A DNA stretch of 64,000 bases from an uncultured delta proteobacterium (GTDB taxonomy: Bacteria > Myxococcota > Kuafuiibacteriia > Kuafuiibacteriales > Kuafuiibacteriaceae): NCBI GenBank assembly GCA_963803435.1, contig CAWDML010000009.1, positions 608,001-672,000 on the forward strand, written 5' to 3'. Below the pieces are notes generated by a model. The model ran no database searches. It was given only the letters and a program-made list of their open reading frames with translations, and was not told the origin of the DNA. Position 1 is the stretch's first letter. Every line of letters starts with the position of its first letter. The translations under genes and the position numbers were made by a program. Below, piece after piece: positions 53,678 to 61,754 of the stretch.

Positions 53678-54475
53678 ATGGCGCTCGGCGAGGAACGACT
53701 CCATTCGGTGATCGAGTCGATGGTGATGCTCTCGCCGGAGCCGATCGCGGTGGCCCGCATCATCGAGGTGATCCGCATCGAGGATCCGCAGACCGAAGAG
53801 GACGCGATCCGCGACGCGGTGCAGTCGCTGCTCCAGAAGTATCAGGAGCCCACGCGCCCGGTGGCCCGCGGGTTCCGCATCGAGGAGGTCGGCGGCGGCC
53901 TCCAGTTCCGCACGGTGGCCGAGAACGCGCAGTACGTGCGGCGCTACCTGGCCGCCAAGCCGAACCGGCTCACCAAGGCTTCGCTGGAGACGCTCTCGAT
54001 CATCGCGTATCGCCAGCCTGTGACCAAGCCGGAGGTGGAGGCCATCCGCGGCGTCGACGTGGGCGCCGCGCTCAAGGGCCTGCTCGAGCGCGACCTCATC
54101 AAGATCATCGGCAAGCGGGAGGAGGTGGGCCGTCCCATCATCTACGGGACGACGCCGTACTTCCTCGAGTTCTTCGGCCTCAAGTCGCTGGCCGAGCTGC
54201 CCACGTTGCGCGAGTACCACGAGCTCGACGAGGAGCATCAGCGCGAGGTGGACGCGCTCGGTGTGGTCGAGCAGCCCAAGATCAGCGATCTGGCCATGGC
54301 CGCCAGCTTCCTGGTGGAGCGCGAGGACGATCCGGATTTGGAGGCGCTCGACAGGGCGGTCCAGGACGCGGATCGGGTCCGCCGCGTCACCGAGGACACG
54401 CTCGACGCCGGCAAGAAGCAGGAGGGCTCCGGGAACGAGGCGGACGGCGATCCGCCCGAAGAAGCGGTCCCGTGA
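53678..54475 (+). CDS. scpB: SMC-Scp complex subunit ScpB
   Basis: LETLSIIAYRQPVTKPEVEAIRGV, GRPIIYGTTPYFLEFFGLKSLAELP. Confidence 0.93.
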   Translation: MALGEERLHSVIESMVMLSPEPIAVARIIEVIRIEDPQTEEDAIRDAVQSLLQKYQEPTRPVARGFRIEEVGGGLQFRTVAENAQYVRRYLAAKPNRLTKASLETLSIIAYRQPVTKPEVEAIRGVDVGAALKGLLERDLIKIIGKREEVGRPIIYGTTPYFLEFFGLKSLAELPTLREYHELDEEHQREVDALGVVEQPKISDLAMAASFLVEREDDPDLEALDRAVQDADRVRRVTEDTLDAGKKQEGSGNEADGDPPEEAVP

Positions 54476-55287
54476 CCGCGGCTCGCCTGCAGGTCGTCCT
54501 GTCGCGCGCCGGCGTCGCCTCGCGGCGCAAGGCGGAGGCGCTCATCGCGGAGGGGCGCGTGACCGTGAACGGCAAGGTGGTGACCGAGCCGGGCACCAAG
54601 GCCGATCCGGCGGTCGACACCATCACGCTCGACGGCAACCGCCTGGGCGATCCGCAGGAGAAAGCGACCGTGCTGGTCTACAAGCCGGTCGAGGTGGTGA
54701 CCACGCTGTCCGATCCCCGCGGGCGGCAGACCGTGGCCACCTTGTTGACCGGCGAGCCCTATCGCTTCGTGCCGGTGGGCCGGCTCGACTATCACACCGA
54801 GGGCGCGCTCCTGATGACCAGCGACGGCGAGCTGGTGAACCGGCTCCTCCACCCGCGCTTCCACGTTCCCAAGGTCTACGCGGTCAAGGTGCGCGGTCGG
54901 CCCTCCCCGGAGAAGCTCGATTGGCTGCGCACCGGCGTGAAGCTCGAGGACGGCATGACCGCCCCCGCGGTGGTCGACGTGCTCGAGGAGAACGAGCGCG
55001 ACACCTGGATCGAGCTGGTGGTCACCGAGGGACGCAACCGTCTGGTCCGGCGCATGTGCGACGCGATCAGCCACCCGGCGCTCCGCGTGATCCGGACGGA
55101 GTTCGCCACTATCGGTGTCGGCGACCTCAAGCCGGGGACGTACCGGTACCTCGACAAGGGTGAGCTGGAGCAGGTGTACCGGAGCGCGCAGATCAAGAAG
55201 ACCCCGGAGCTCTGCGCGCGGGCCCGCGCGGTGGGGAGCGGACGGCTGGGGGAGGCACGCCGGGGCAAGGGGCGGATTCCGAGCTAG
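54472..55287 (+). CDS. rluB: RsuA/RluB-family pseudouridine synthase
   Basis: S4 domain GVASRRKAE, VGRLDYHTEG catalytic Asp, EGRNRLVRRM; follows scpB with GTGA overlap. Confidence 0.88.
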   Translation: MTAARLQVVLSRAGVASRRKAEALIAEGRVTVNGKVVTEPGTKADPAVDTITLDGNRLGDPQEKATVLVYKPVEVVTTLSDPRGRQTVATLLTGEPYRFVPVGRLDYHTEGALLMTSDGELVNRLLHPRFHVPKVYAVKVRGRPSPEKLDWLRTGVKLEDGMTAPAVVDVLEENERDTWIELVVTEGRNRLVRRMCDAISHPALRVIRTEFATIGVGDLKPGTYRYLDKGELEQVYRSAQIKKTPELCARARAVGSGRLGEARRGKGRIPS

Positions 55288-55727
55288 GAGCGTGTAGCGC
55301 GTAGCGCTACCGCGAGCCCGGTCCGGGTCCCGGTCCCGGTCCCGGTCCCGATGGCGATCATGCAGCCCGGCGTGCGTTCATCGGCCTCATCAAGTCGCGT
55401 GAGCCTCTCGACAACGCGCTTGAGCTTGGCTCTGGCGGCTTGGAGCTTCTGCTCGTTGGCGAGTCGGCGCCTCGAGCAGGTGTGGAGTGAGGCGGCGCTT
55501 TCGGTGCCAGAGCGAAGTGCCATCCGGTAGAAGCGAGCCTTCTCAGGTGGATTGAGCTCTCCGGCGCCCTCGGCGGTGTTGTTCACGATGGAATCGGATG
55601 CCCGCCGAAGCTGATCGCGGACGTGAGCGCGACCGGGTTGCAGTTCTTGTGCGATCTCTTCAGCGATGTCGCATACCTCGACGGCGAGCTGGTAGGCCTC
55701 GAGCTTCTCGTGATCGAAAGTGACCAT
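55284..55727 (-). CDS. Four helix bundle protein (23S rRNA IVP/TIGR02436-like)
   Basis: FDHEKLEAYQLA, DQLRRASDSIVNNTAEG, KARFYRMALRSGTES; reads through the left TIR to the TAG in the target duplication. Confidence 0.85.
   Translation of the reverse strand: MVTFDHEKLEAYQLAVEVCDIAEEIAQELQPGRAHVRDQLRRASDSIVNNTAEGAGELNPPEKARFYRMALRSGTESAASLHTCSRRRLANEQKLQAARAKLKRVVERLTRLDEADERTPGCMIAIGTGTGTGTRTGLAVALRATRS
55288..55352. repeat. Left terminal inverted repeat containing a GGTCCC/GGTCCG hexamer array
   Basis: Matches reverse complement of 57144-57209 with one gap and five mismatches. Confidence 0.9.
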
Positions 55728-55781
55728 GCAAGCTAGCTTGCGGTAGCTCGTCCGCTTTGACCAGCAGAAGTTCTTGGAGGT

Positions 55782-57123
55782 TGGCTCCCAGAAAATCATC
55801 TCGCGTACTTCGTCTTGGACGTCGTCGATGAGGTAGAGCTGAGCGCGATCGAGATCTCGATCCAGTCCAAGGACCCGCGAGGCGAGCGACCGTACTCGCC
55901 TCGAATGATGATCGCGCTGCTTCTGTACGCCTACTGCACCGGCATCTATTCGTCGCGGAGGATCGCGCGGGCGACCTACGAAGACATTCCATTCCGGGTG
56001 CTGGCTGGAGAGAGTCATCCCCACTTCACGACGATCAACGAGTTTCGGCTGGTCCACCTGGAGGCACTGAAAGCGCTCTTCCTCGAAGTCCTGAAGCTTT
56101 GCCAGAAAGCAGGTTTGGTGCGGCTCGGACACGTCGCACTCGATGGCTCGAAGGTGCAGGCGAACGCGAGCAAGCACAAGGCGATGACCTACGAGCGGAT
56201 GGCCGAGGAGGAGAAGCGGCTGTCTCTCGAGATCGAAGAACTGCTGAAGCGAGCGCGCACGATCGACCAAGAGGAAGACGAGCGGCTGGGCGTTGAAGAG
56301 ACTGAAGAGGACATCCCAGCGGAGCTCGCTCGCCGTGAATCCCGCCTTGCCCGCATTCGAGAAGCGAAGGCTGCGCTGGAACAGGATGCCGCCAGGGCTC
56401 GCGCGGAGAAATTGCGCAGGCAAGCCGAAGAGCAGCAGAGCAAAGCGGATGATGCTCTTGTGGATCGGGTGGAGCAGAAGCGAGCGAGAACTCGAGCCGA
56501 GAAGGCCTGCAAATGTGGACGGCACACCGAGGCCCACGCTCAGAGGAACTTCACCGACTCAGACAGCAGGATCACGTTGAAGGAGGGAGCGTACCTCCAG
56601 GCCTACAATGCCCAAGTTGTCGTAGATGAGCACGCTCAGGTGATTGTCGCCGAAGAGGTCAGCAACGAGGCACCTGATCAGCAACACCTCGTCCCGATGC
56701 TCCCTGATGTGTTCGGCAACTGCGGCGATGCTCCGCGGAAGATGACGGCAGACAACGGCTATCTGAGCGCGACCAACATCGAATTCTGCGACAACAATCA
56801 GATCGATGCCCACATCGCTGTTGGACGCGAACAGAACCAAGACGCGTCGACTCCGTCCTCATCAGCTTCGGAGCCCACACCTGCCTCGCTCGCTCGCAAG
56901 CGAAATGCGAGACAAGTTGCAAACGCGCGACGGCAAGGCGGTCTACCCCCGCAGGAAGAGTATCGTCGAACCGGCGCTCGGACAGATCAAAGGGGCACGA
57001 GGATTCCGCCGGTTCTCGCTCCGCTCCTTCTTCAAGGTACGAGCCGAGTGGACGCTCGTCTGCCTCACCCACAACCTGCTCAAGCTCTACCGATCGAAGC
57101 TCGCGACCGTCGCGAGCGTCTGA
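55782..57123 (+). pseudogene. IS1182-family DDE transposase with degenerate 5' end and a frameshift near 56900
   Basis: WLPENHLAYFV, LLYAYCTGIYSSRRI, ALDGSKVQANASKHK, NFTDSDSR, YNAQ, TADNGY; last part RRKSIVEPALGQIK...THNLLKL in another frame; in-frame TGA at 55758 and no proper start. Confidence 0.8.
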
Positions 57124-57143
57124 CTCAAGGCAGCCATCTTCAG

Positions 57144-57209
57144 ATCGGGACCCGGACCGGGACCGGGACCCGGACCGGGGTCGCGTGAGCGCTTCCGCGC
57201 TACACGCTC
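57144..57209. repeat. Right terminal inverted repeat containing a GGGACC/CGGACC hexamer array
   Basis: Reverse complement of 55288-55352. Confidence 0.9.
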
Positions 57210-57221
57210 CTAGCGCCGCCC

Positions 57222-59318
57222 CTAGCCTCCGATGATCGTCTCTCCGTCCGGATCTGCCAGCCCCGTCTGCGACGATGGCCCGGGCTCGCTGAGGCGCCCG
57301 GCCTTCACGGCGTCGATCGCCTCGGCCTCCAGCCACGCGGCCAGGTGGGCGGACGTGCACGATCGGCCGGAGGCGGCGATCGCGTCCTCGAGATCCAGCT
57401 GAAACTTCCGGCACGATGGATACCGATCACCCGCATCGCGCGCGGTGGCCCGGCGGACGATGGCTGCCACGGCCTCCGGGATGTCGGTGCGCAGCGTGGT
57501 GACGTTTGGGATGATGCACTCGAGGGCCGCGCTCATCGTGCGGTACTCGGTGTCGCGGCGGTGCGCGGATTTTCCCGTCAGGACCTCGAACAGCACGAGC
57601 CCGGTCGCGAGCACGTCGGTGCGTTGATCGATCGGGCCGATCCGACGGTCGACCTGCTCCGGCGCCATGTACGCGACCTTGCCCTTGACCGCGCCGGTCT
57701 TGGTCTCCCCGATCGCGTCGGCCGCCTTCGAGATGCCGAAATCGACGATCTTGACCGACCCTTGCTCGGAGACCAGGACGTTGTGCGGCGACATGTCGCG
57801 GTGAATGATGCCGACGCCCTCGTCGCCGCAGGTGTGCGCCGCGTGCAGGCCGGCGCAGACGTCGGCGATCAGCCGGCAGGCGAGGTCGATCGGGAACGAG
57901 TGTCCGTGGCGAGCCAGCGCTCGCAGGATCGCGTCGAGGCTCCAACCCTTCACGTACTCCATCGCGATGAAGTACTCGTCGCCGGCGTCGCCGAGCTCGA
58001 AGACCTGCACCACGTTCGGGTGAGAGATGCGCGCCGCCAAGCGCGCTTCCCGAAGGAACATGCGGACAAAGTCCGGATCGCGGGCGAAGCGCGGCAGGAT
58101 CTTCTTGATCACCACCTTCTTCTCGAACCCCTGGGGCCCGGAGTGGCGCGCCAGGAAGACCTCCGCCATGCCGCCGCTGCCGATCTGTCGGATGATCTGG
58201 TAGCGGCCGATGCTGGTCGGTTCGGAGGCCGAAGGCTTCCGCGCCAGGGTGGGGCCGTTCGGACGCCGCGCCAGGTATCCCGCGATCGCCGCCGGGGGAT
58301 CGGGCTCGTAGAAGCGCGAGAGCTCTTGTTCGACCAGCCTCCGCGAGATGACCACGATCGCAGGTTGCCCGCAGCGGTGGCATTCGATCTCGACGTCGGG
58401 CTCGGGGAGCCGATCCACGACCGTGTCGTAGCGACCGCAGCTCCGGCAGCTCACCGGGACCGAGAACGAGAGGACGCGCCCTTCGAGCCGGCCCGTCAGG
58501 GCAGGGTCGAGGGCCTCGAGGAGCCGCGGGGGGACCCGCGCCAGATGGACGTCGGTGTGCTCTGGGAACAGCAGCGCCTCGAGGCGCACCACGCCGCGGG
58601 GATCGATCTCGCTGATGTCGTCGAAGAGGACGATCACCGAGCCGTCGAGCCCCATGGCGGCGCGCTTGAGGCGAAGATCGTGGGTGATCGGACCGGAGAG
58701 CCACATCGCCGTGACGTCCTCGCCGATCTCCTTCTGGATGCGAAAGGTGCGCTGTCTCAGCGGTTCGAGGTCGCCGTCGATCAGCTTCGAGAGCGTCTCG
58801 GAGACGTTCGGCTTCTGCTGGCTCTGAACGTAGGAGAGGAAGTTGAGCTCGTCGAACTCGGCGCGACCGCCGCAGGACGGGCAGGCGATCATCTGCTGGG
58901 GACCCGTCACCACCACATCGAACTGGCGGCGGAGATCCGTCAGGACCTCGATCTCCTCGTTGCACTCGAGGCAGACATAGGGGAGGTAGAAGCTGACGAT
59001 CTGACCCGACCCGGCGAAGCCGTGGATCATGTTGAACTGCAGGACCATCGCCGGCCGACAGTTCACGAAGACGACCTGCGCTGCGGGTAACTGCTTGAGC
59101 GCGCGGATCCACTCGCGCACGCCGAACGAGGTGATCCAGCGGACGCCGTCGAGATCGACGACCACGCACTCCTGGGCGATGTCGGCCAGCATGTCGGCGC
59201 GGAAGGTCTCGTTGATGAGGCCGCTGAGCTTGACGATCACGCCGCCTGGAACGGTCGTGCGCTCGACATTGAGACTGGCTGGCGGACGCATCACAGACGC
59301 GCGTCGCACTATAGACAC
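57222..59318 (-). CDS. Cytoplasmic Ser/Thr kinase with N-terminal STAS-like and zinc-ribbon-like modules
   Basis: VDLDGVRWITSFGVREW STAS-like; CLEC/CPSC and CRSC/CHRC pairs; IGSGGMAEV, HRDMSPHN, DFGISK, YMAPE; start may be 59292. Confidence 0.88.
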   Translation of the reverse strand: MSIVRRASVMRPPASLNVERTTVPGGVIVKLSGLINETFRADMLADIAQECVVVDLDGVRWITSFGVREWIRALKQLPAAQVVFVNCRPAMVLQFNMIHGFAGSGQIVSFYLPYVCLECNEEIEVLTDLRRQFDVVVTGPQQMIACPSCGGRAEFDELNFLSYVQSQQKPNVSETLSKLIDGDLEPLRQRTFRIQKEIGEDVTAMWLSGPITHDLRLKRAAMGLDGSVIVLFDDISEIDPRGVVRLEALLFPEHTDVHLARVPPRLLEALDPALTGRLEGRVLSFSVPVSCRSCGRYDTVVDRLPEPDVEIECHRCGQPAIVVISRRLVEQELSRFYEPDPPAAIAGYLARRPNGPTLARKPSASEPTSIGRYQIIRQIGSGGMAEVFLARHSGPQGFEKKVVIKKILPRFARDPDFVRMFLREARLAARISHPNVVQVFELGDAGDEYFIAMEYVKGWSLDAILRALARHGHSFPIDLACRLIADVCAGLHAAHTCGDEGVGIIHRDMSPHNVLVSEQGSVKIVDFGISKAADAIGETKTGAVKGKVAYMAPEQVDRRIGPIDQRTDVLATGLVLFEVLTGKSAHRRDTEYRTMSAALECIIPNVTTLRTDIPEAVAAIVRRATARDAGDRYPSCRKFQLDLEDAIAASGRSCTSAHLAAWLEAEAIDAVKAGRLSEPGPSSQTGLADPDGETIIGG

Positions 59319-59334
59319 GGAGGGGAGGTGGACT

Positions 59335-59628
59335 CTAGAGCCGGGCGAACCTGCCGGGCATGGGGCGACCTTGGCGGACTTTGTAGCCGTGGGAGAGCAG
59401 GCTGTCGATGAAGTCCTCCAGGTTCCTCGATCGGAACAGCAGGTTCAGGATCTGAGGCTCCTCGTGGGTGAAGTAACACTGGAGCGTCGCAAACGGGCAC
59501 TCGATCGGGTCGACATCGTCGTCCGGAAGGCGGGTGAAGTTGAACTCTCCGGGCTCGTCGGACAGCGCCAGCACCAGGCGATCATCCCGGTTGTAGACGG
59601 ACCAGATCTGCACGCCGCCGTCGGCCAT
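59335..59628 (-). CDS. Small hypothetical protein
   Basis: 97-aa ORF with GC3 bias filling the gap upstream of the kinase, divergent from aspS. Confidence 0.6.
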   Translation of the reverse strand: MADGGVQIWSVYNRDDRLVLALSDEPGEFNFTRLPDDDVDPIECPFATLQCYFTHEEPQILNLLFRSRNLEDFIDSLLSHGYKVRQGRPMPGRFARL

Positions 59629-59687
59629 TTTGGAAAGAGTCTAGCGCGGTTGACCCGGTCGTGTCCGCGGGCTAACCGCTCAGGGCC

Positions 59688-61505
59688 ATGGCGCTTCCGA
59701 CGATGCCGGGCCCAGACCTCCTCCGCGACCGAAAGCGGACCCACATGTGTGGTGACCTTCGGGACGCGCACATCGATCAAGAGGTCGTGCTCCTCGGGTG
59801 GGTGAAGACGCGGCGCGATCACGGGGGCGCGGTGTTCGTGGACCTCCGGGATCGCACCGGCTACGCACAGGTGGTCTTCGATGCGTCCTCGAGCGAGCAG
59901 ACGCATGCGATCGCGGATCAACTCCGGTCGGAGTGGGTGATCGGAGTGATCGGGAAGGTGCGGTCCAGGGGAGACAACGTAAACGCCAAGATCCCCACCG
60001 GCGCCATCGAAGTCCTCGCCACCTACATCCAGGTCTTCAACCGCGCCGAGACTCCGCCGTTCGAGGTGGACGACGACATCAACACTGCCGAGGAGAAGCG
60101 CCTCGAGTATCGCTACCTGGATCTGCGCCGGCCCGCGATGCAGCGGAACCTTCTGATGCGCTCGCAGCTCAACCACACCACCCGCAAGACGCTGGTCGAG
60201 CTCGGGTTCATCGAGCTCGAGACGCCGTACATGGTGAAGTACACGCCGGGGGGGGCGCGCAACTTCCTCGTCCCGTGCCGGCTCCAGCCCGGGGCCTTCT
60301 ACGCGCTGGCCGAGAGCCCGCAGCTGTTCAAGCAGCTGTTCATGGTGTCCGGCTTCGATCGCTACTTCCAGATCGTGAAGTGCTTTCGCGATGAGGATCT
60401 GCGCCAGGATCGGCAGCCCGAGTTCACCCAGATCGATCTCGAGATGTCGTTCGCCTCGGAGCGCGACGTCCAGGATGTCATGGAGGCGGTGGTCCGCGCG
60501 CTCTTCCACGAGGTCCTCCACGTCGAGCTGCCCACCCCGTTCCCCGTGATGACCTACGACGAGGCCATGGCCCGCTTCGGCTCCGACAAGCCCGACCTGC
60601 GCTTCGGGCTCGAGCACACGATGCTCACCGAGCTCACGCGGAAGCACGACGGCGGCGGAATCCCGTTCTTCAAGGAAGCCGTCGACCGGGGCGACATCAT
60701 CAAGGCGATGCGCGTGCCGTCGTCGCTCGAGATCAGCCGGGAGGCCACCAAGCGCCTCGAGGCCGAAGCCAAGGGCGTCGGCGCCGGCGGCCTGGCCTCC
60801 GCCAAGGTCGAGGAGGGCGGAACCTGGAAGTCGCCGATCGCCAAGTGGGCCACCGACGACTTCCGCCGCCACGTCAACGAGGCCTGCGGCGCCCAGCCCG
60901 GCGACTGGATCTTCTTTCAGGCGGCGCCCGCGAAGATCGCACACACCGTGCTCAACCACCTTCGCCTCCTTCTCGCCCGCCAGTTCGGCCTGATCGAGCC
61001 CAACGCCTGGCGCGTCCTCTGGGTCACCGAGTTCCCCCTCTTCGAGTACGACGAGCGCTCGAAGAGCCACGTCGCCGCCCACCACCCCTTCACCGCCCCG
61101 CGCCCCGAGGACGTCGACAAGCTCACCTCCAATCCCGGCAGCTGCCGCGCCCGCGCCTACGACCTCGTCCTCAACGGCAACGAGATCGCCGGCGGTTCCG
61201 TCCGAATCCACGACCCCGACGTCCAAGCCAAGGTCTTCGCCGCCCTCGACATCCCCCCCGAGCAACAACGCGCCAAGTTCGGCTTCCTCCTCGACGCGCT
61301 CTCTTTCGGCGCCCCTCCCCACGCCGGCATCGCCGCCGGCATGGACCGCGTCGCCATGCTCATCGCCGGCGCCGGATCACTCCGCGACGTGATCCCATTC
61401 CCCAAGACTCAAAAGGGCACCGACCTCATGAGCGGCGCCCCCACCCCGATCGACGAACGCCAGCTCAGCGACATCTTCGTGAAGTCGATCCCGCCCCCGG
61501 AGTGA
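59688..61505 (+). CDS. aspS: Aspartate--tRNA ligase (probably non-discriminating Asp/Asn type)
   Basis: RRDHGG, RYLDLRR, SPQLFKQ, CFRDEDLRQDRQPEFTQIDLE, HHPFTAP, GGSVRIH, GAPPHAG, VIPFPKT. Confidence 0.97.
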   Translation: MALPTMPGPDLLRDRKRTHMCGDLRDAHIDQEVVLLGWVKTRRDHGGAVFVDLRDRTGYAQVVFDASSSEQTHAIADQLRSEWVIGVIGKVRSRGDNVNAKIPTGAIEVLATYIQVFNRAETPPFEVDDDINTAEEKRLEYRYLDLRRPAMQRNLLMRSQLNHTTRKTLVELGFIELETPYMVKYTPGGARNFLVPCRLQPGAFYALAESPQLFKQLFMVSGFDRYFQIVKCFRDEDLRQDRQPEFTQIDLEMSFASERDVQDVMEAVVRALFHEVLHVELPTPFPVMTYDEAMARFGSDKPDLRFGLEHTMLTELTRKHDGGGIPFFKEAVDRGDIIKAMRVPSSLEISREATKRLEAEAKGVGAGGLASAKVEEGGTWKSPIAKWATDDFRRHVNEACGAQPGDWIFFQAAPAKIAHTVLNHLRLLLARQFGLIEPNAWRVLWVTEFPLFEYDERSKSHVAAHHPFTAPRPEDVDKLTSNPGSCRARAYDLVLNGNEIAGGSVRIHDPDVQAKVFAALDIPPEQQRAKFGFLLDALSFGAPPHAGIAAGMDRVAMLIAGAGSLRDVIPFPKTQKGTDLMSGAPTPIDERQLSDIFVKSIPPPE

Positions 61506-61513
61506 CGCGCCGA

Positions 61514-61678
61514 GCCTCGCGTTCCTTCTCCACGGGAAGTGCGAAACCGCGGCTTGCAGGTGTACCTGGCGAGGAGACTTGCTCCGATCGCGACAGCAAG
61601 ATCAGGCCGCAAGCCCCTTTGTGAGCTCGCAGGCGTCAGGTGCGAGACGGCAGCGAGATCAAATCCAGAACGCGAGGC
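61514..61678. other. Multi-stem intergenic element (candidate structured RNA or MITE/REP-like unit)
   Basis: 11-bp outer IR 61514-61524/61668-61678 enclosing IRs 61551-61557/61609-61615, 61578-61583/61595-61600 and 61626-61631/61641-61646. Confidence 0.45.
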
Positions 61679-61721
61679 GATGCGGTCACCGGAGCCACGG
61701 CATCCTTCCTCCGAGCAGAGG

Positions 61722-61745
61722 CGCCACGGCGATAGCGCCGTGGCG
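61722..61745. terminator. GC-rich hairpin between convergent genes (no U-tract)
   Basis: CGCCACGGCG-ATAG-CGCCGTGGCG perfect 10-bp stem, 9 nt after the stop of the minus-strand gene. Confidence 0.45.
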
Positions 61746-61754
61746 ACGGGATCG

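Larger units (their letters stand above)
55288..57209. mobile_element. IS1182-like element (1922 bp) with CTAG target-site duplication and a passenger gene
   Basis: CTAG at 55284-55287 and 57210-57213; imperfect 65/66-bp terminal inverted repeats starting GAGCGTGTAGCGCG; interior visibly less GC-rich than flanks. Confidence 0.88.

Noticed and set aside
49410-53711. 1433-aa ORF antisense to lhr, and many similar long shadow ORFs
   Set aside because: Expected artefact of high GC3 codon bias; no recognisable motifs, while the opposite strand encodes clear families.
55316-55352. GGTCCC tandem repeats as a CRISPR array
   Set aside because: Contiguous hexamers without spacers, no cas genes; they belong to the element's TIR.
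55284-55727. Diversity-generating retroelement, suggested by the Avd-like four-helix bundle
   Set aside because: No reverse transcriptase and no template/variable repeat pair seen in the window.
55284-56537. 417-aa minus-strand ORF as an extended four-helix-bundle fusion
   Set aside because: The upstream part is simply antisense to the transposase; family similarity begins at ATG 55727.
61514-61678. Assignment as tRNA, 6S, SRP or tmRNA
   Set aside because: No T-loop/anticodon geometry, SRP loop motif or tag reading frame recognised; left as an unnamed structured candidate.
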